Under the pieces are notes generated by a model that saw only the letters and a program-made list of their open reading frames with translations, made no database searches and was not told the origin of the DNA. DNA of 64,000 nt. Source: Octopus vulgaris. Taxonomy: Eukaryota. Location of the stretch: NCBI GenBank assembly GCA_951406725.2, contig OX597842.1:18476001-18540000 (forward strand), given 5' to 3'. Positions 1-13,300 of the stretch are shown here, piece after piece. Both the position numbers and the translations under genes were made by a program. Position 1 is the stretch's first letter; every line of letters starts with the position of its first letter.

Positions 1-185
1 TATGAGTTAAGGGAAAGAAATAGAAGACAGGATTGAAAAGGTAATGTCTAGTTTAAAAGGGGGAAAAGGGTTTGTTAATACCGGATGCAAGGCGATACAA
101 TAGAATATACTTGGTCGAAAATGAAGGATGCTTTCATTTCATTATTAGAAGAATGCGTAGAGTGTGTAAACAGAAAGAATGAGAC

Positions 186-721
186 TTGATCACAAGAGAC
201 ACTAATAGCCTTAGAAGTAAGAAAGAAGCGAAAGGAAAAATTACAATTGTCAAGCTTAGAAGTAGAGATAAACAGATGTCAGGGAAATTAGAAAATAAGG
301 AAGTTAAAAAACAATTAAGAAGAGACAAGCGAAAATATTTTGAAAATTTAGCAAAGACAGCAGAAAGTGCAGCTCAGGGCCAGAACATGAAAGAGTTGTA
401 CAACACAAGTAAATTAATATCCGAGAAGAGAGTAAGAGTATAAAAGGCAGTAAAAGGGAAGAGTGGCCGGATGCTAAGATTAATCCTAGATCAAAAAAAA
501 ATCGATGGAAGGAGCATTTTGAAGATTTGCTAAGTAGACTACCTCCAGACACAATAGCTAAGATTGTGCCAAGAAATTTGGATCTTAACATCAGCCTTGA
601 CCCATCGTCCAAGTTGGAAATAAGAAAGTTAAAAAACAATTACGAGACAAGCGAAAATATTTTGAAAATTTAGCAAAGACAGCAGAAAGTGCAGCTCAGG
701 GCCAGAACATTAAAGAGTTGT
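186..721 (+). mobile_element. Degenerate RTE-like LINE internal fragment (APE-RT linker), locally duplicated; continues at 1111-1385
   Basis: ORF 186-443 KEVKKQLRRDKRKYFENLAKTAESAAQGQNMKELY resembles the RTE-clade linker; the sequence recurs from ~620 and again after 1111. Confidence 0.6.
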
Positions 722-1110
722 CATCATCATTCATCATTGTTCGACCGTGGTCGAGACAATGGAATTTACTGTTACGCCAGACTTCACGGTCCATCATAGC
801 ATTACGGAGGTCCTGTTACTGGATGCCTGTATCCCTGGAGATTACATCAGGGTAGGAGAGTGTGCACCCTCTGGTATTGCAAGTAGATGGGTTCCAGAGG
901 AGAAGAGCAGAAATTACTTCTTTTTCAGCTCTACAACAATGTCCAGCAAACTGGACTCTCCTACCTTTCACAAGAGATGACACAGGTGGTAATTTCCCAT
1001 ATATTTGCATTTTGGTTGGATGGCGCTTCCACGAGAGATTTTGAGCTCTCATAAGTAGGCGAGTGTAGGTTCCATCCAACCGCCTCTCAAGCTTCTTTGA
1101 TAACGTCCAG
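722..1110 (-). mobile_element. 5'-truncated RTE/RTEX-like LINE 3' end with (ATG)n tail
   Basis: Minus ORF WTLSKKLERRLDGTYTRLLMRAQNLSWKRH...RRVQFAGHC is a typical post-RT segment; (CAT)n at 722-737; flanked by GTTGT at 717-721 and 1111-1115, interrupting AAGAGTTGTACAAC. Confidence 0.8.
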
Positions 1111-1617
1111 GTTGTACAACACAAGTAAATTAATATCCGAGAAGAGAGTTAGAGTATAAAAAACTATAAAAGGGGGAAGGGTGGCCGGATGCTAAGATTA
1201 ATCCTAGATCAAAAAACAATCGATGGAAGGAGCATTTTGAAGATTTGCTCAGTAGACTACCTCCAGACACAATAGCTAAGATTGTGCCAAGAAATTTGGA
1301 TCTTAACATCAGCCTTGACCCACCGTCCAAGTTTGAAATAAGAAAGTTAAAAAACAATTAAGAGGCAAGCGAAAATATTTTGAAAAGCAAAAGATTGGCT
1401 AAAAGTTATGAGTTGAGGGAAAGAAATAGAAGACGGAACTGAAAAGGTAATGTCTAGTTTAAAAGGGGGAAAAGGGTTTGTTAATCAATTTACCACTTTG
1501 GATAATCTTGTGAAGTTGTACTCGTGACGAAGTTTCTATTCTTGTGAAACCTGTAAAAGAGGAAATAAAAATTTTTGATTTTCAGATTTTAGATTTGATC
1601 AAAAGGATTGTTTACTA

Positions 1618-1754
1618 CCATAGATCCTCGAGTATAATCCGCATTTTTTCCCTAAAATTTAAAGGTCAAAATCCCTAGTGCGTACTATATATGAGGTTAA
1701 AAATGAAAATTATTTTCTAAGCAATGTCCTATGACTATACTCCAAGATTTACGG
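1618..1754. mobile_element. Internally deleted copy of the pogo/Tc2-like MITE
   Basis: CCATAGATCCTCGAGTATAATCC ... TATACTCCAAGATTTACGG flanked by TA; matches the ends of 1829-2340. Confidence 0.65.
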
Positions 1755-1756
1755 TA

Positions 1757-1805
<49 letters not shown>

Positions 1806-1828
1806 CATAAATCCTATATATATATATA

Positions 1829-2340
1829 CCGTAAATCCTCGAGTATAATCCACATTTTCCCCCCAAAATTTAAAGGTCAAAATCCCTACAGCGTACTATA
1901 TACGAGGTTAAAAATGAAAATTATTTCCTAAGTAATGTCCGAGTCTCTATTTGCTGTCCGGCAATGTTTATTCAGACGCATTTTGTGATGTCGGGCGCGA
2001 AAATACCTTAAGCTAAGCCTGAAAGCAATGAAGTCATAAAAGAATCATCCATAACTTGCAGTAAGCAACATTTATTAAACGTTATTACTGTTATTTCTTA
2101 ATTTTCTGCAAACAAAATGCACAAAAAAGCTACACGTTTGCATTATGTTATATATACAATAATAATAAAGGACGATACCGTATACATTTTTACAAACCAA
2201 GGACGTTATATAGACCTCCTTGACTCAAGTTAGAGAAGGGGTGCATATTATATACAAGGTTTCGGTTTTTCAGAGGTGCAGCCCCCTAAAAATCCCCTGC
2301 GTATTATACTCAAGGGCGGATTATACTCAAGGATTTACGG
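1829..2340. mobile_element. Tc1/mariner-superfamily (pogo/Tc2-like) MITE
   Basis: TIRs CCGTAAATCCTCGAGTATAATCC / GGATTATACTCAAGGATTTACGG with TA on both sides. Confidence 0.8.
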
Positions 2341-2429
2341 TAATTTTATTACAATAATTAAATAACAATTAACACTTGTAGATATAATTAGAATGCCCAC
2401 CACCAAAAAAAGAAAAAAAACATTATATA

Positions 2430-2600
2430 AGCGTAGGGGTGGCTGTGTGGTAAGTAGCTTGTTTACCAACCACATGGTTCCGGGTTCAGTCCCACTGCGT
2501 GGCACCTTGGGCAAGTGTCTTCTACTATAGCCTCGGGCCGACCAAAGCCTTGTGAGTGGATTTGGTAGACGGAAACTGAAAGAAGCCCGTCGTATATATG

Positions 2601-2646
<46 letters not shown>

Positions 2647-2830
2647 TTTCCCCCCAACATCGCTTGACAACTCATGCTGGTGTGTTTACGTCCCCGTCAC
2701 TTAGCGGTTCGGCAAAAGAGCGATGGAATAAGTACTAGGCTTACAAAGAATAAGCCTTGGGGTCGATTTGCTCGACTAAAGGCGGTGCTCCAGTATGGCC
2801 ACAGTCACATGACTCAAACAAGTAAAAGTG
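2430..2830 (+). mobile_element. tRNA-derived SINE, family A (other copies: 16470-16672 partial, 19010-19410, 20575-20790 partial, 23613-24012 on +; 31866-32272, 45757-46217, 60945-61710 on -)
   Basis: A-box-like TGGCTGTGTGG and B-box-like GGTTCAGTCCC; internal (TA)/(TG) microsatellite; conserved 3' tail GGCGGTGCTCCAGCATGGCCGCAGTCAAATGACTGAAACAAGTAAAAGA; many near-identical copies. Confidence 0.85.
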
Positions 2831-3156
2831 TAAAAGCGTGAAAGCGTACCTGTAAAGTTATGTTGAAATGTTTCTTTTTTGGCCAGGTATAGATATTGTT
2901 ACAATTTTCTCTAGATCCCCACTATTTGGACGATACAGAAAATATCTGCCTTGAAGTGTCACATCTATTTTTGTCATACACCTCACATCAGGTAATTGCA
3001 AATTGTGATCACAGAGATGGTTGTCATGGAAATTCACAAGCATTTTTGTTCTTTTCATTTAAAGGTCAATGTAAGCAAATATCAAGATGTTATTTATGTT
3101 GCTCAGGATAAACTTGGACGATTTAGAATTTAATATTTTCAGATGAAAAAAAAATG

Positions 3157-3585
3157 AGATCTTTTCGGTTTCAACGGCAGTTTTTTCTAGCGGTGTCATA
3201 TGAAATTGTCACCCATAATTATGACCCTAGTATCAATCTATTGCATTTCAATCTATTTTAGGGTTAAGGTTAGTTAGGGTTAGGGTTAGGGGTGGCGGAA
3301 GGGTATCTTTTTTTTCTTCACAAATGTTAATAAACCCAATCTGTTTCTTAAACGAGGGACATATTCATACGGCACAGACTGTTTTTACCTCAATAGACGT
3401 CATTGATTGGTTGAAATTGCAGAAATTGAAGAAAAAAAACAATATCTTACAACCTATAGAATTTTCTCAATAAAGCCAAGAGAAAATGATGTTTTATAAA
3501 CACATTCTACCAGTATACGAAGTTTAAAAGTGTTTAGTTACGTGGAAATTATTTTTAAAAACTGCCGTTCAAACCGAAAAGACCC
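3157..3585. mobile_element. MITE with ~28-bp TIRs (superfamily unassigned); partial inverted copy at ~24605-25058
   Basis: GATCTTTTCGGTTTCAACGGCAGTTTT ... AAAACTGCCGTTCAAACCGAAAAGACC; internal TTAGGG-like run. Confidence 0.75.
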
Positions 3586-4009
3586 CAAAAAGTTATATTG
3601 TGTAATATCACATAAGTAAAGATAAAATATAATTTTTTTCTTTTTTTTGTTTTCACAAGTGAAATAATTTGGATAAATTAAATTGGGATTAGTGAATAGA
3701 ATCACACAGATTCTATTTGAGGTTTTAAATACAAAAACATATTCCACTGTTAACGATATACAGAAAGACAGAGTCAGTTCTTTCACTGATATTGCAAATA
3801 ACTGGTAAACTCTCGGTTCAAAGTCTCTCTTGACCAGAAATGGCCTGAACTCTCTGTATGACCACCCTCCCTGTACATAACTCCCTGTCCCCCTACATGG
3901 CCTTGCTTTTGCTTTTTGAGCCAAAAAAATTTTGAATTGAATTGAATTGAAAAATAAATATTAGAGACGGAAGAAATATTAATGCAAAATGGCAATCTTC
4001 ATATCCTAC

Positions 4010-5240
4010 TTAACCCTTTTGTTACCATATTTCTGTCGAGATGTTCTGTGTTTCTTTCAATTAATTTTAAATACAACAAAGAATTTAGTAAAATAACTTA
4101 GTTATTGTTAAGCTAGTGTTAGGAACATAAATTGTGACTAAGGTTTGGTGGAAGATTTTAATTCAGAACTTGTGAAAACAAGGCATTTGTACTACAGGGT
4201 CAGAGTTGGTTTCAGCTGGGTTGGTAACAAAATGGTTAAGAATTGTTTCTCTATTATATTTTTAACCCTTTTGTTACCCTATTTCTGTTGAGATGCTCTG
4301 TGTTTCTTTCAATTAATTTTAAATATAACAAAGAATTTAGTAAAATAACTTAGTTATCATTCAGCTAGTGTTAGGAACATAAATTGTGACTAAGGTTTGG
4401 TGGAAGATTTTAATTCAAAACTTATGAAAACAAGACATTTGTACTACAGGGTCAGAGGTGGTTTCAGCTGGGTTGGTATCAAAAGGGTTAAGAATTGTTT
4501 CTCTATTATATATTTTTAAGCCTTTTGTTACCATATTTCTGTTGAGATGCTCTGTGTTTCTTTCAATTAATTTTAAATATAACAAAGAATTTAGTAAAAT
4601 AACTTAGTTATCATTCAGCTAGTGTTAGGAACATAAATTGAGACTAAGGTTTGGTGGAAGATTTTAATTCAAAACTTATGAAAACAAGACGTTTGTACAC
4701 AGGACCAGAGGCGGTTTCAGCTGGGTTGGTATCAAAAGGGTTAAGAATTGTTTCTCTATTATATATTTTTAAGCCTTTTGTTACCATATTCTATTGAGAT
4801 GCTCTGTGTTTCTTTCAATTAATTTTAAATATAACAAGCAATTTAGTAAAATAACATCGTTATCATTAAGCTAGTGTTAGGAACATAAATTGTGACTAAG
4901 GTTTGGTGGAAGATTTTAATTCAAAACTTATGAAAACAAGACATTTGTATCTCAGAGCCAGAGACGGTTTCAGCCAGGTTGGTAACAAAAGGATTAAGAA
5001 TTGTTTCTCTATTATATATTTTTAACCCTTTTGTTACCATATTTCTGTTGAGATGCTCTGTGTTTCTTTTAATTAATTTTAAATATAACAAAGAATTTAG
5101 TAAAATAACTTAGTTAGTGTTAGGAACATAAATTGTGACTAAGGTTTGGTGGAAGATTTTAATTCAAAACTTATGGAAACAAAACATTTGTACTACAGAG
5201 CCAGAGCCGGTTTCAGCTTGGTTGGTAACAAAAGGGTTAA
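4010..5240. mobile_element. Five tandem copies (~250-bp period) of a piggyBac-like MITE; pairs also at ~18317-18791 and 22921-23395
   Basis: Units bounded by TTAA-CCCTTTTGTTACC ... GGTAACAAAAGGG-TTAA, separated by a repeated ~24-bp spacer. Confidence 0.8.
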
Positions 5241-5384
5241 AGTGGATGTATTGTAAAATTGCCTTGAGAGATCCTTTCACGTAGAGGTATAGTGCTAAAA
5301 GAACAGACATCTCTAGAAGACGAGAATCGTCTGGCACGGTTGTTAGAACTACTAGGTCGTTAAATAAAATTATGTATTGTCCTT

Positions 5385-5665
5385 ATCATCATCATCATCA
5401 TCATTTAGCGTCCGTTTTCCATGCTAGCATGGGTTGGACGGTTCAACTGGGGTCTGGGGAGCCCGAAGGCTGCACCAGGCCAGTCAGATCTGGCAGTGTT
5501 TCTACAGCTGGATGCCCTTCCTAACGCCAACCACTCCGAGAGTGTAGTGGGTGATTTTATGTGCCACCGACACAGGTGCCAGACGAGGCTGGCGAACGGC
5601 CACGCTCGGATGGTGTTTTTATGTGCCACCGACACAGGTGCCAGACGAGGCTGGCAGACGGCCAC
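5385..5665 (-). mobile_element. RTE LINE 3' UTR fragment with (GAT)n tail; related copy at 6252-6640
   Basis: Near-identical to 20969-21200, where it is contiguous with an RTE RT C-terminal ORF. Confidence 0.8.
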
Positions 5666-5723
5666 ATTTCAGAAAAATATTTTCACCACAATAAAACAGT
5701 TAAACAATTTGTGAGGTATTTTG

Positions 5724-6075
5724 TGGCGAGCTGGCAGAAACGTTAGCACGCTGGGCGAAATGCTTAGCGATATTTCGTCCACCGCTACGTTCTGAGTTCA
5801 AATTCTGCCGAGGTCGAATTTGCTTTTCATCCTTTTAAAAAGGCGGTGAGCTGGCAGAAACGATAGCACGCCGGGCAAAATGCTTAGCGATATTTCGTCT
5901 GCTGTTACGTTCTGAGTTCAAATTCCGCCGAGGTCGACTTTGCCTTTCATCCTTTCGGGGTCGATAAATTAAGTACCAGTTATGCACTGGGGTCAATATA
6001 ATCGACTTAATACGTACGTCTGTCCTTGTTTGTCCTCTCTTTGCTTAGTCCCTTGTGGGTAGTAAAGAAATAGGT
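5724..6075 (+). mobile_element. SINE family B (head duplicated here); copies at 44993-45155 and 56361-56580 on +, tandem cluster 41700-42990 on -
   Basis: GGCGGCGAGCTGGCAGAA head, B-box-like GAGTTCAAATTCC, central GCCTTTCATCCTTTCGGGGTCGATAAATTAAGTACCAG block (resembles the Meta-type SINE domain), tail GCCCCTTGTGGGTAGTAAAGAAA. Confidence 0.8.
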
Positions 6076-6251
6076 ATTTTGCATTTGAGAATGACAGAAG
6101 TGGGGAGCAGTCTGTCTAGCAGCATGACAGGCATATCTCAAGATGTGTCTTTGGCAAAAGCAAAACTGAATAATTAGCAGAAGAATGTATTCGTTAAGTT
6201 AATGTAAATGATGTTTGAAACAATTATTTTTACAAAGATAATATAGGTTAA

Positions 6252-6318
<67 letters not shown>

Positions 6319-6820
6319 GTTTAACGTCCGTTTTCTGCGCTAGCACGGGTTGGATGGTTCGACCGGGGTCTGGGAAGCCAAGAGGCTGCACCAGGCTCCA
6401 GTCTGATCTGGCAGTGTTTCTACAGCTGGATGCCCTTCCTAACGCCAACCACTCCATGAGTGTTGTGGGTGCTTTTTACGTGCCACTGGCACAGGTGCCT
6501 GGGGAGCCTGGTATCAGCCACGATCGGTTGGTGCTTTTTACGTGTCACCGGCACAGAAGCCAGGCAAGGCGGCGCTGGCATCGGCCAAGTTCGGATGGTG
6601 CTTTTTACATGCCACCGGCACAGAACGTGCTACCGGCACAGAAAATTAATTTAAAAAGAAAATGAATTTAAAATGAATTTAAAAATAAAAATAAAGCAAA
6701 AACGAAAACTTACAAGAACACAGTGAAAGGACACAGAAGAGCAATTTAAGGACGTCCATGATCTGAAAAATAGTTTTTTAAAAACGAAAGTTGACTACCA
6801 GACAATATAAGGAACAATTG

Positions 6821-6862
6821 TGGAGGCGCGTGGCTTAGTGGTTAGGGTGTCGAACTCATTGA
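6821..6862 (+). mobile_element. Truncated tRNA-derived SINE head (family C); longer relatives at 45435-45750 and 55252-55436
   Basis: TGGAGGCGCGTGGCTTAGTGGTTAGGGTGTC resembles 55252 onward; tRNA A/B-box-like motifs in the longer copies. Confidence 0.6.
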
Positions 6863-8020
6863 TAATAATATATAATAATGAAATTATTGTATACAGTGCT
6901 CAGGTGCACCACAGCTAGTCAAAAGTGCATATAAAGCATATGCAGTAATGTACAAATGTCTGGAAAGTGAACAATGTATGAGTCAGATACATGCTTGTGT
7001 GTGTATGGAGGGGAGGAATCAAGTGTGGTGTTGGCGAATCTCAGGAAGCATGGAAGTTTTGAAGGATGCAGTGCTCCGACAACTAACAACTGATGCCGGC
7101 AGTCTGTTCCATGCTTCAGCAACTCTTAGCATGAAAAAATGTTTCCGAAAGTCATGGAAGGAGCTGTGCTGTTTTCTGACTTTGTAAACATGTCCACGGG
7201 TGTTAGACAGGTGGAGTTTGAAAAGGTGCTCAGAATTATTGTTTGTAAGATGGTTAATAATTTTATGGGTGTCTGCCAAGTCAGCTGCCAGACGTCGGAG
7301 TTTCAATATGTCCATGTCCAGGGAAGTAAGGCGTTCAGAATATGGCAAATGTCTGATGGAGGGTATTGTATACAGTGCTCAGGTGCCCCCACAACTTGTC
7401 AAAAGTGCGTATAAAGCATATGCAGTAACGTGCAAATGTCTGGAAAGTGAACAGTGTATGTCAGATACATGCTTGTGTGTGTATGGAGGGGAGAAAGTCA
7501 GGTGTGGTGTTGGTGAATCTCAGGAAGCATGGAAGTTTTGAAGGATGCAGTGCTCCGACAACTAACAACTGATTCCGGCAGTCTGTTCCATACTTCAGCA
7601 ACTCTTAGCGTGTGTAAAATGTTTCCTAAAGTCATGGGAGCTGTGCTGTTTTCTGACTTTGTAAACATGTCCACGGGTGTTAGACAGGTGGAGTTTTTAG
7701 ATAATAATAATAATGAAATTATTGTATACAGTGCTCAGGTGCACCACAACTTGTAAAGAGTGCGTATAAAGTGTATGCGGTAATGTACAAATGTCTGGAA
7801 AGTGAACAGTCTATGAGTCAGATACATGCTTGCGTGTGTATGGAGGGGAGAAAGTCAGGTGTAGTGTTGGTGAATCTCAGGAAGAATGGAAGTTTTGAAG
7901 GATGCAGTGCTCCGACAACTAACAACTGATGCTGGCAGTTTGTTCCATGCTTCAGCAACTCTCAGCGTGAAAAAATGTTTCTGAAAATCATGGAAGGAGC
8001 TATGGTGTTTTCTGACTTTG
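6863..8020 (-). mobile_element. Three tandem 3'-terminal fragments of a CR1-clade LINE; shorter tails x3 at 25395-25670
   Basis: ORF 7019-7348 YSERL...LRRL..DL...KI...TRGH.YK...RKHFF..RV..AWNRLP is a CR1-type C-terminus; (ATT)n tail. Confidence 0.85.
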
Positions 8021-8040
8021 GATGGGTTATCTCTCTCTCA

Positions 8041-8091
<51 letters not shown>

Positions 8092-8289
8092 CAAAAATAA
8101 GGAACAAGAATGACTCCGGAGTCATTCTTGTTGCTTAATTTTGATTATAATCACCCCGCATATTTTTATGGGTAACATCATACAAAATTCTGGTGCATCT
8201 AAATTAAGTACCATATTCATTTGAATCTAAATTATATATATATATGTATAGGTGGATGGGTTATATATCTCTCTCTCTATATATATATA

Positions 8290-8336
<47 letters not shown>

Positions 8337-8398
8337 AAAAAATGAAGTTCAAAAATGCTGCTGTATTATACAATTTTTAATTTTTATATATACATTAT

Positions 8399-8436
8399 AA
8401 CATGTTTCAGTTCCTGAAATGAACCTTATCAAAAAA
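8399..8436 (-). ncRNA. Minimal hammerhead-ribozyme-like motif, UUGAUAA core (copies at 16336-16380, 20451-20493)
   Basis: Minus strand of the 20451 copy: UUU-UUGAUAA-GGUUC..GAACC-GAAA-CAUG-UU-AAA; palindromic loop III; weak stem I. Confidence 0.5.
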
Positions 8437-8995
8437 AGTTATATATAAAAAAAGACAGCTCATGCCGTCAAACACAAGAAATTCATTTATAATACACAAC
8501 GGAGTCAGACATCTTAGAGTTCATGTATAGTTGATATATAGTTCATGTATAGTTGATATATAGTTTGAAGTATATGTTCAAAGTGTTCGATGCAGTGGCC
8601 CACGGTGGCGATACGTATTCAATACAAAAAACAGATCAAAGTGGTGGAAAGCGGTCAATACAGAAGATTGATGTTTCCGAAAGAGCGAGGAATTCATTTT
8701 TACCTTAAGCAATTGTGATGACCCATGAGAGTGTGTGTCTGTCTGTCTGTGTGTTTCCTTAAAACTTGAGAACTACACAACCAATTTCATTCAAATTTTA
8801 AACATGCCTTACTTAGGGTCCGGGGCTTGTCATTGGCAAAAAAAATTTTTTAACTTTTTGCCTAAGGTGAGCCCACAGCAATATCATATCTTCTCCACTA
8901 CGCGCGAAGACTTCGCGTTGGTGTTCCCCCCTCAGTGGGGGAAAACTACAATTAATTTGGATTTACCAAAGGCTTGTTAAAGCCATTTGTTCAAG

Positions 8996-10369
8996 ATGGA
9001 GTCCCCCATCTCTTATTCGCCCGTGACGAGCGAGGATGAATACCCGGCGTTGTCGCGAAGAAAAAAAGAGGCGTTGTCGCCAAGAAGAGGCGTTGTCGCC
9101 GAAGAAAAAAGAGGCGGCGTCGCCCAAGAAAATGGAAAAACCAGTACCAGCATCAACTCCAGCAAAAAAATTCGCTGAAGTGGCTGGGAAAAAGATCAAA
9201 AAAATAAATATAGAAAATTTTGGAAAATTTGCAGACTGTGTTAAAAAAGAAGGCACAGAAGTGACTGTGGCCACAAATATACAAAAACATGACGAGATAG
9301 AAAAAAAAAGAATAATATTTTAAACTTACGACACAACGACAAAAAATGATACAAAAAATCGAAGAAAAAAAAATAGAGTATTGTCTAAAACCTTTTATGG
9401 ATAAAATAACGTATATAAACAGAGGAAAAAGATACGGCACAGTGGAGGTGCGTTTTACTACGGAGGAGATAGCGAAAAAACTATCGATGGAGCCAATCAA
9501 AGCAGAAAACATTGTCTTACTACCATTGTATAAAGGAAAAAGGACGTCGAAAATTTCAATGAACAACATACCGCCAGAGGCAGATGCTGAATGTCTGGTG
9601 GCAGCAGTGATGGTAGGTCTGGAGGAAAAAATAAACATCCTCCAGGCCACAGTGGAGGAAGAGGAGTTCTGGAAAGGGCAGAAAATAGTGATAGCCATTC
9701 AGGCGGAGGTGCAAACACTGGAAGAAATTCCAGAAACGGTAAAGATTAGTGAAGACGAGAAAATAACAGTTTTCGTGGAGGGCAGGAAGCCGAGGTGCTT
9801 CGGCTGCGGCAAGAAGGGTCATGTAAGGGCGGAATGCCAACCCCAACCCAAACCGCAGGAAGCTCAAAGCCAAAAGAAAAAGAAGATAATGTGTCACCAG
9901 AAGCAGCGTCGGACGGCCCAGAAGGGAAGACTGAAGGTGTGGAGGTGACGGTGACAGCAGAACCAGCGGCGGAGGAAAAAAAGAGCGAGGAAAAGATAAA
10001 TGAGGAGGGGTGGGCAAAAATTACCGGAAAAAAAAAAGAAAAACGGAAACCACCCCTCCCAGAGTAATTTTAAAAAAGAAAAAAGAGTCAATGAACTCGT
10101 ATATGGCCGTAAAGGCAGCAAATAGCAGACTCGGAAACGTGTTGGCAGCCATGGCCAAAGTGGAGAAAGTAGTGAAAAAAAACGACTTTGTAATTTACAG
10201 AATAGGCCGGAAGGATTACGGGCGGATAAAGTCAGAATTCTTCCATGACGTAGGCCCACTTAGATTGGATGTGACATCTCCACATATATTCGAGGGCCTA
10301 CGTCAGACTCCCCCGCGAGGCCCAGAAAAAGAGTTAGAAGAACAAGAGAAAACCGAACCACTGATATAA
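8996..10369 (+). pseudogene. Tx1 ORF1 (gag-like nucleic-acid-binding protein), frameshifted
   Basis: Consecutive overlapping frames (8987, 9036, 9346, 9795, 10010) that switch at or near poly-A runs; CFGCGKKGHVRAEC = CX2CX4HX4C. Confidence 0.8.
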
Positions 10370-10377
10370 GGTAAGTA

Positions 10378-13300
10378 ATGGATTACATTTATGTTGGTTG
10401 TTTGAATGTGCGCGGCCTGGGAGCAGGCTGGAAGCAAGGTCGCTTCCTGCATGATATCAGGTCGCGTAATTTAGATGTTATTGTTGCTACAGAAACCCGG
10501 TTAGAGGGGCCAAGAGGTCTACTCCCGCTGTTTGACGGCTACGAGAGTTTTTTCTCTCCTGGCAGTCCTACAGGCGGGAGTGGGGTGTTGGTCCTATTAA
10601 AAAGAAACCGGGTTTCTGGGAAAAAGTTAATTTTTGCAGATCCAGAAGGTAGGCTGGTCGTCATGGATTTGACGTTCAGTAATGGTAAAGTTATCAGACT
10701 GGTTGCAATTTACGCACCCAACCATACAGGGCAAAGTGATTATTTTCGTGAACTAGAAAACTTTCTTGGTACTTCGCATTCATTAGTGGTGCTAGGAGAC
10801 TTTAACACAATTTGCAAAGCGGATGTAGATTGTGTTGGCTCGCGTCCAGATAGAAAAGGCAACAGTGGCTTCATGGAACTGCTAAGCCGCTTTGAGCTAG
10901 CAGATCCTTATAGGCTGGAATTTCCGAACGCTCCATTGTGGACATGGTCAAACAGCGACGGATCTTCCAGGTCATATTTAGATAGAATACTAATTAGAAA
11001 AGTAGACAGTAAAATAGCTAAGTGTCCACAGTTTTACCCGATCAGCTACAGTGATCATAAAATGGTCACTTGTAAGCTTGACATAGATAAGGTTAAAAAT
11101 AGAGGATCCGGTTACTGGAAACTTAATACGTCCCTTTTGGCGATTAAGGAGTACAAAGACCGGATTAGGAATATAATTCAGAGGGCACTATCTGGTACCA
11201 TCATTAACAACAAATGGTGGTACGCCCTCAAACGAGCCATCAAGTTTGAGTCTATTAGATATAGCATAGGAGTAGTGGCTAGAGAGGCTAGAAGGGAAAC
11301 TACTCTAGTTAAGGAATTAGAGGAAGCCATGAAAACTGGCTCTGCGGCTCAGGTGGCGTCCAAGAGACTGGTGTTAAACCAGCACCTCGAGGCCAAACAC
11401 ATGGGCAGCATTGTCAGGGCTAGAATCCGCCATATGGGATGTGAAGGAATCAACGCCGTGAGATGGGCCCGAGTGGTGGAAGCTCAGCATGGTAACGATG
11501 CCACGATTCGATCTATGACGAACCAACAAGGTGAGTTGATAAACGAACCCGAGGAGATGTGTGAGGCCTTTCAGGAGCACTTCGCTCAGCTTTTCGGTGA
11601 GTGCGGCGGACTGGATAGGAGGAGGGCCTTTACGGACCTACTCGACGGGCTGCCGCGCTTATCGGGGCGAGATGCGGAGGGCTGTGAAGGGCCAATCACG
11701 CCTGAGGAGGTGGTTGAGGCAATGGCGGACTGCGGCGCGGGCAAGGCGCCGGGTTTGGATGGTCTACCCTATGAGTTATATAAGAGTATGCCAGACTTGT
11801 TCGGGCACCTACTGGCGGAGGTCTATGCGAACTGGCAGCAGAACGGGCTTATACCCAGATCTGTGCGCCGGGGAGTAGTGACTCTCGTCAGAAAGGACAC
11901 GAGCAAGGGGGAGTGCATTGATAATTTCAGGCCCATCACTCTGCTAAACACAGAGTTGAAGATTTTGGCCAAAGTGTTATCGAAAAGATTGGCGCGTGTC
12001 GCGGATGGTCTGATCGGAGAGGCACAGACATGTGCCGTTCCGGGCAGATCCATTCAGGATAATCTCCATCTAATGCGGTACACTATAGAGGGGTTTAATA
12101 GTGATTCTGGCAAGGGTGGGGCACTGGTCCATTTAGACCAATCTAAAGCTTTTGATAGGGTCGACCATCGTTACCTGGTATCTGCCCTGGCACAGTTCGG
12201 GCTGAGCCTTGGCTTCCTCAGGTGGATTATCCAAATTTATGATAACATCGACTCGGTAGTTCGGGTGAACGGCTTCTTGTCGAAGCCGTTCAAAATCAAA
12301 CGCTCGGTTCGTCAAGGGTGTCCGCTCTCCCCGCTTTTGTACGTGATGGCTCTTGAGCCATTACTGCGAAAACCTGAGCGGCATCCCGAGACAGCCAGGT
12401 AATGGAAAATCAGTGTCAGCGTACGCGGATGACATCACCATCATCGTAACCGAAATGGACCACCTATGTAAAGTAGGCAAGGCCATAGAGGTTTACGAGA
12501 CGGTGACAGGAGCAAAAGTTAATCGCGAAAAGTCAGTCGGCTTGCAACTCGGCACCTGGAGAGGCAAGTCGATGCCTCCTGACAGCGTCGTGGGACGTTG
12601 GACGGAGGGTCCGATTAAACTGCTAGGGGTCTGGTTCGGTCCAGACCTCCAAATAGAGAAGAATTGGGGCGAGGTAACGAGCAAGGTGGCTGCAGTAGCC
12701 AAGACCTGGTCTTGGCGGTGGCTATCCCTGAAAGGGAGGGCGGAGGTGGCCAATGTGTTTATCGCATCGGTTATCACCTACCGCCTTTCCGTCGTTCCTT
12801 GCCCTGATTCGTGGTTGATCAAGTTGGAAAGACAGCTCTTCTACTTCTTGTGGAAGGGCGGGAAACCACTTGTGAAACGCTCTACTTGCTGTCAACAACC
12901 GTTAAAGGGTGGGCTAGGGATGCCTTGGCTGATGATGCGCAGACATGCGCTGAGGTTAAGACATCTGTGGCTCTACCTGGATGGTGAACGGGTGTGGTCT
13001 TCGCTAGCAAAACTGATGTTTCCCAAGTTCACTAGTTTCGGTGGATGGGAAACCTGGCTGAATCGTAGATCGAAACTTGGTACTTGGTACACGGAGTGTC
13101 GCAAGGCTCTCCTGCTATTCCGTCGCTCGGGCAACGCCTGCGGTGGGGGTTCCACCACATTCTTCTATAGAGGGTTGGTAGAGGCGAAATGTGAAGATAC
13201 CTTGGGGGAAACCCTAGGTCTCGACGATAATCAGCTGGCCAGTCTGTTCCGACGTACGTTCGAGCCGAGGACACTGGACAACTTCCAGAAGTCTCTGGCA

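Noticed and set aside
3258-3292. TTAGGG-like telomeric repeats
   Set aside because: Few degenerate units internal to a MITE, also seen in its second copy near 24750 and 24935
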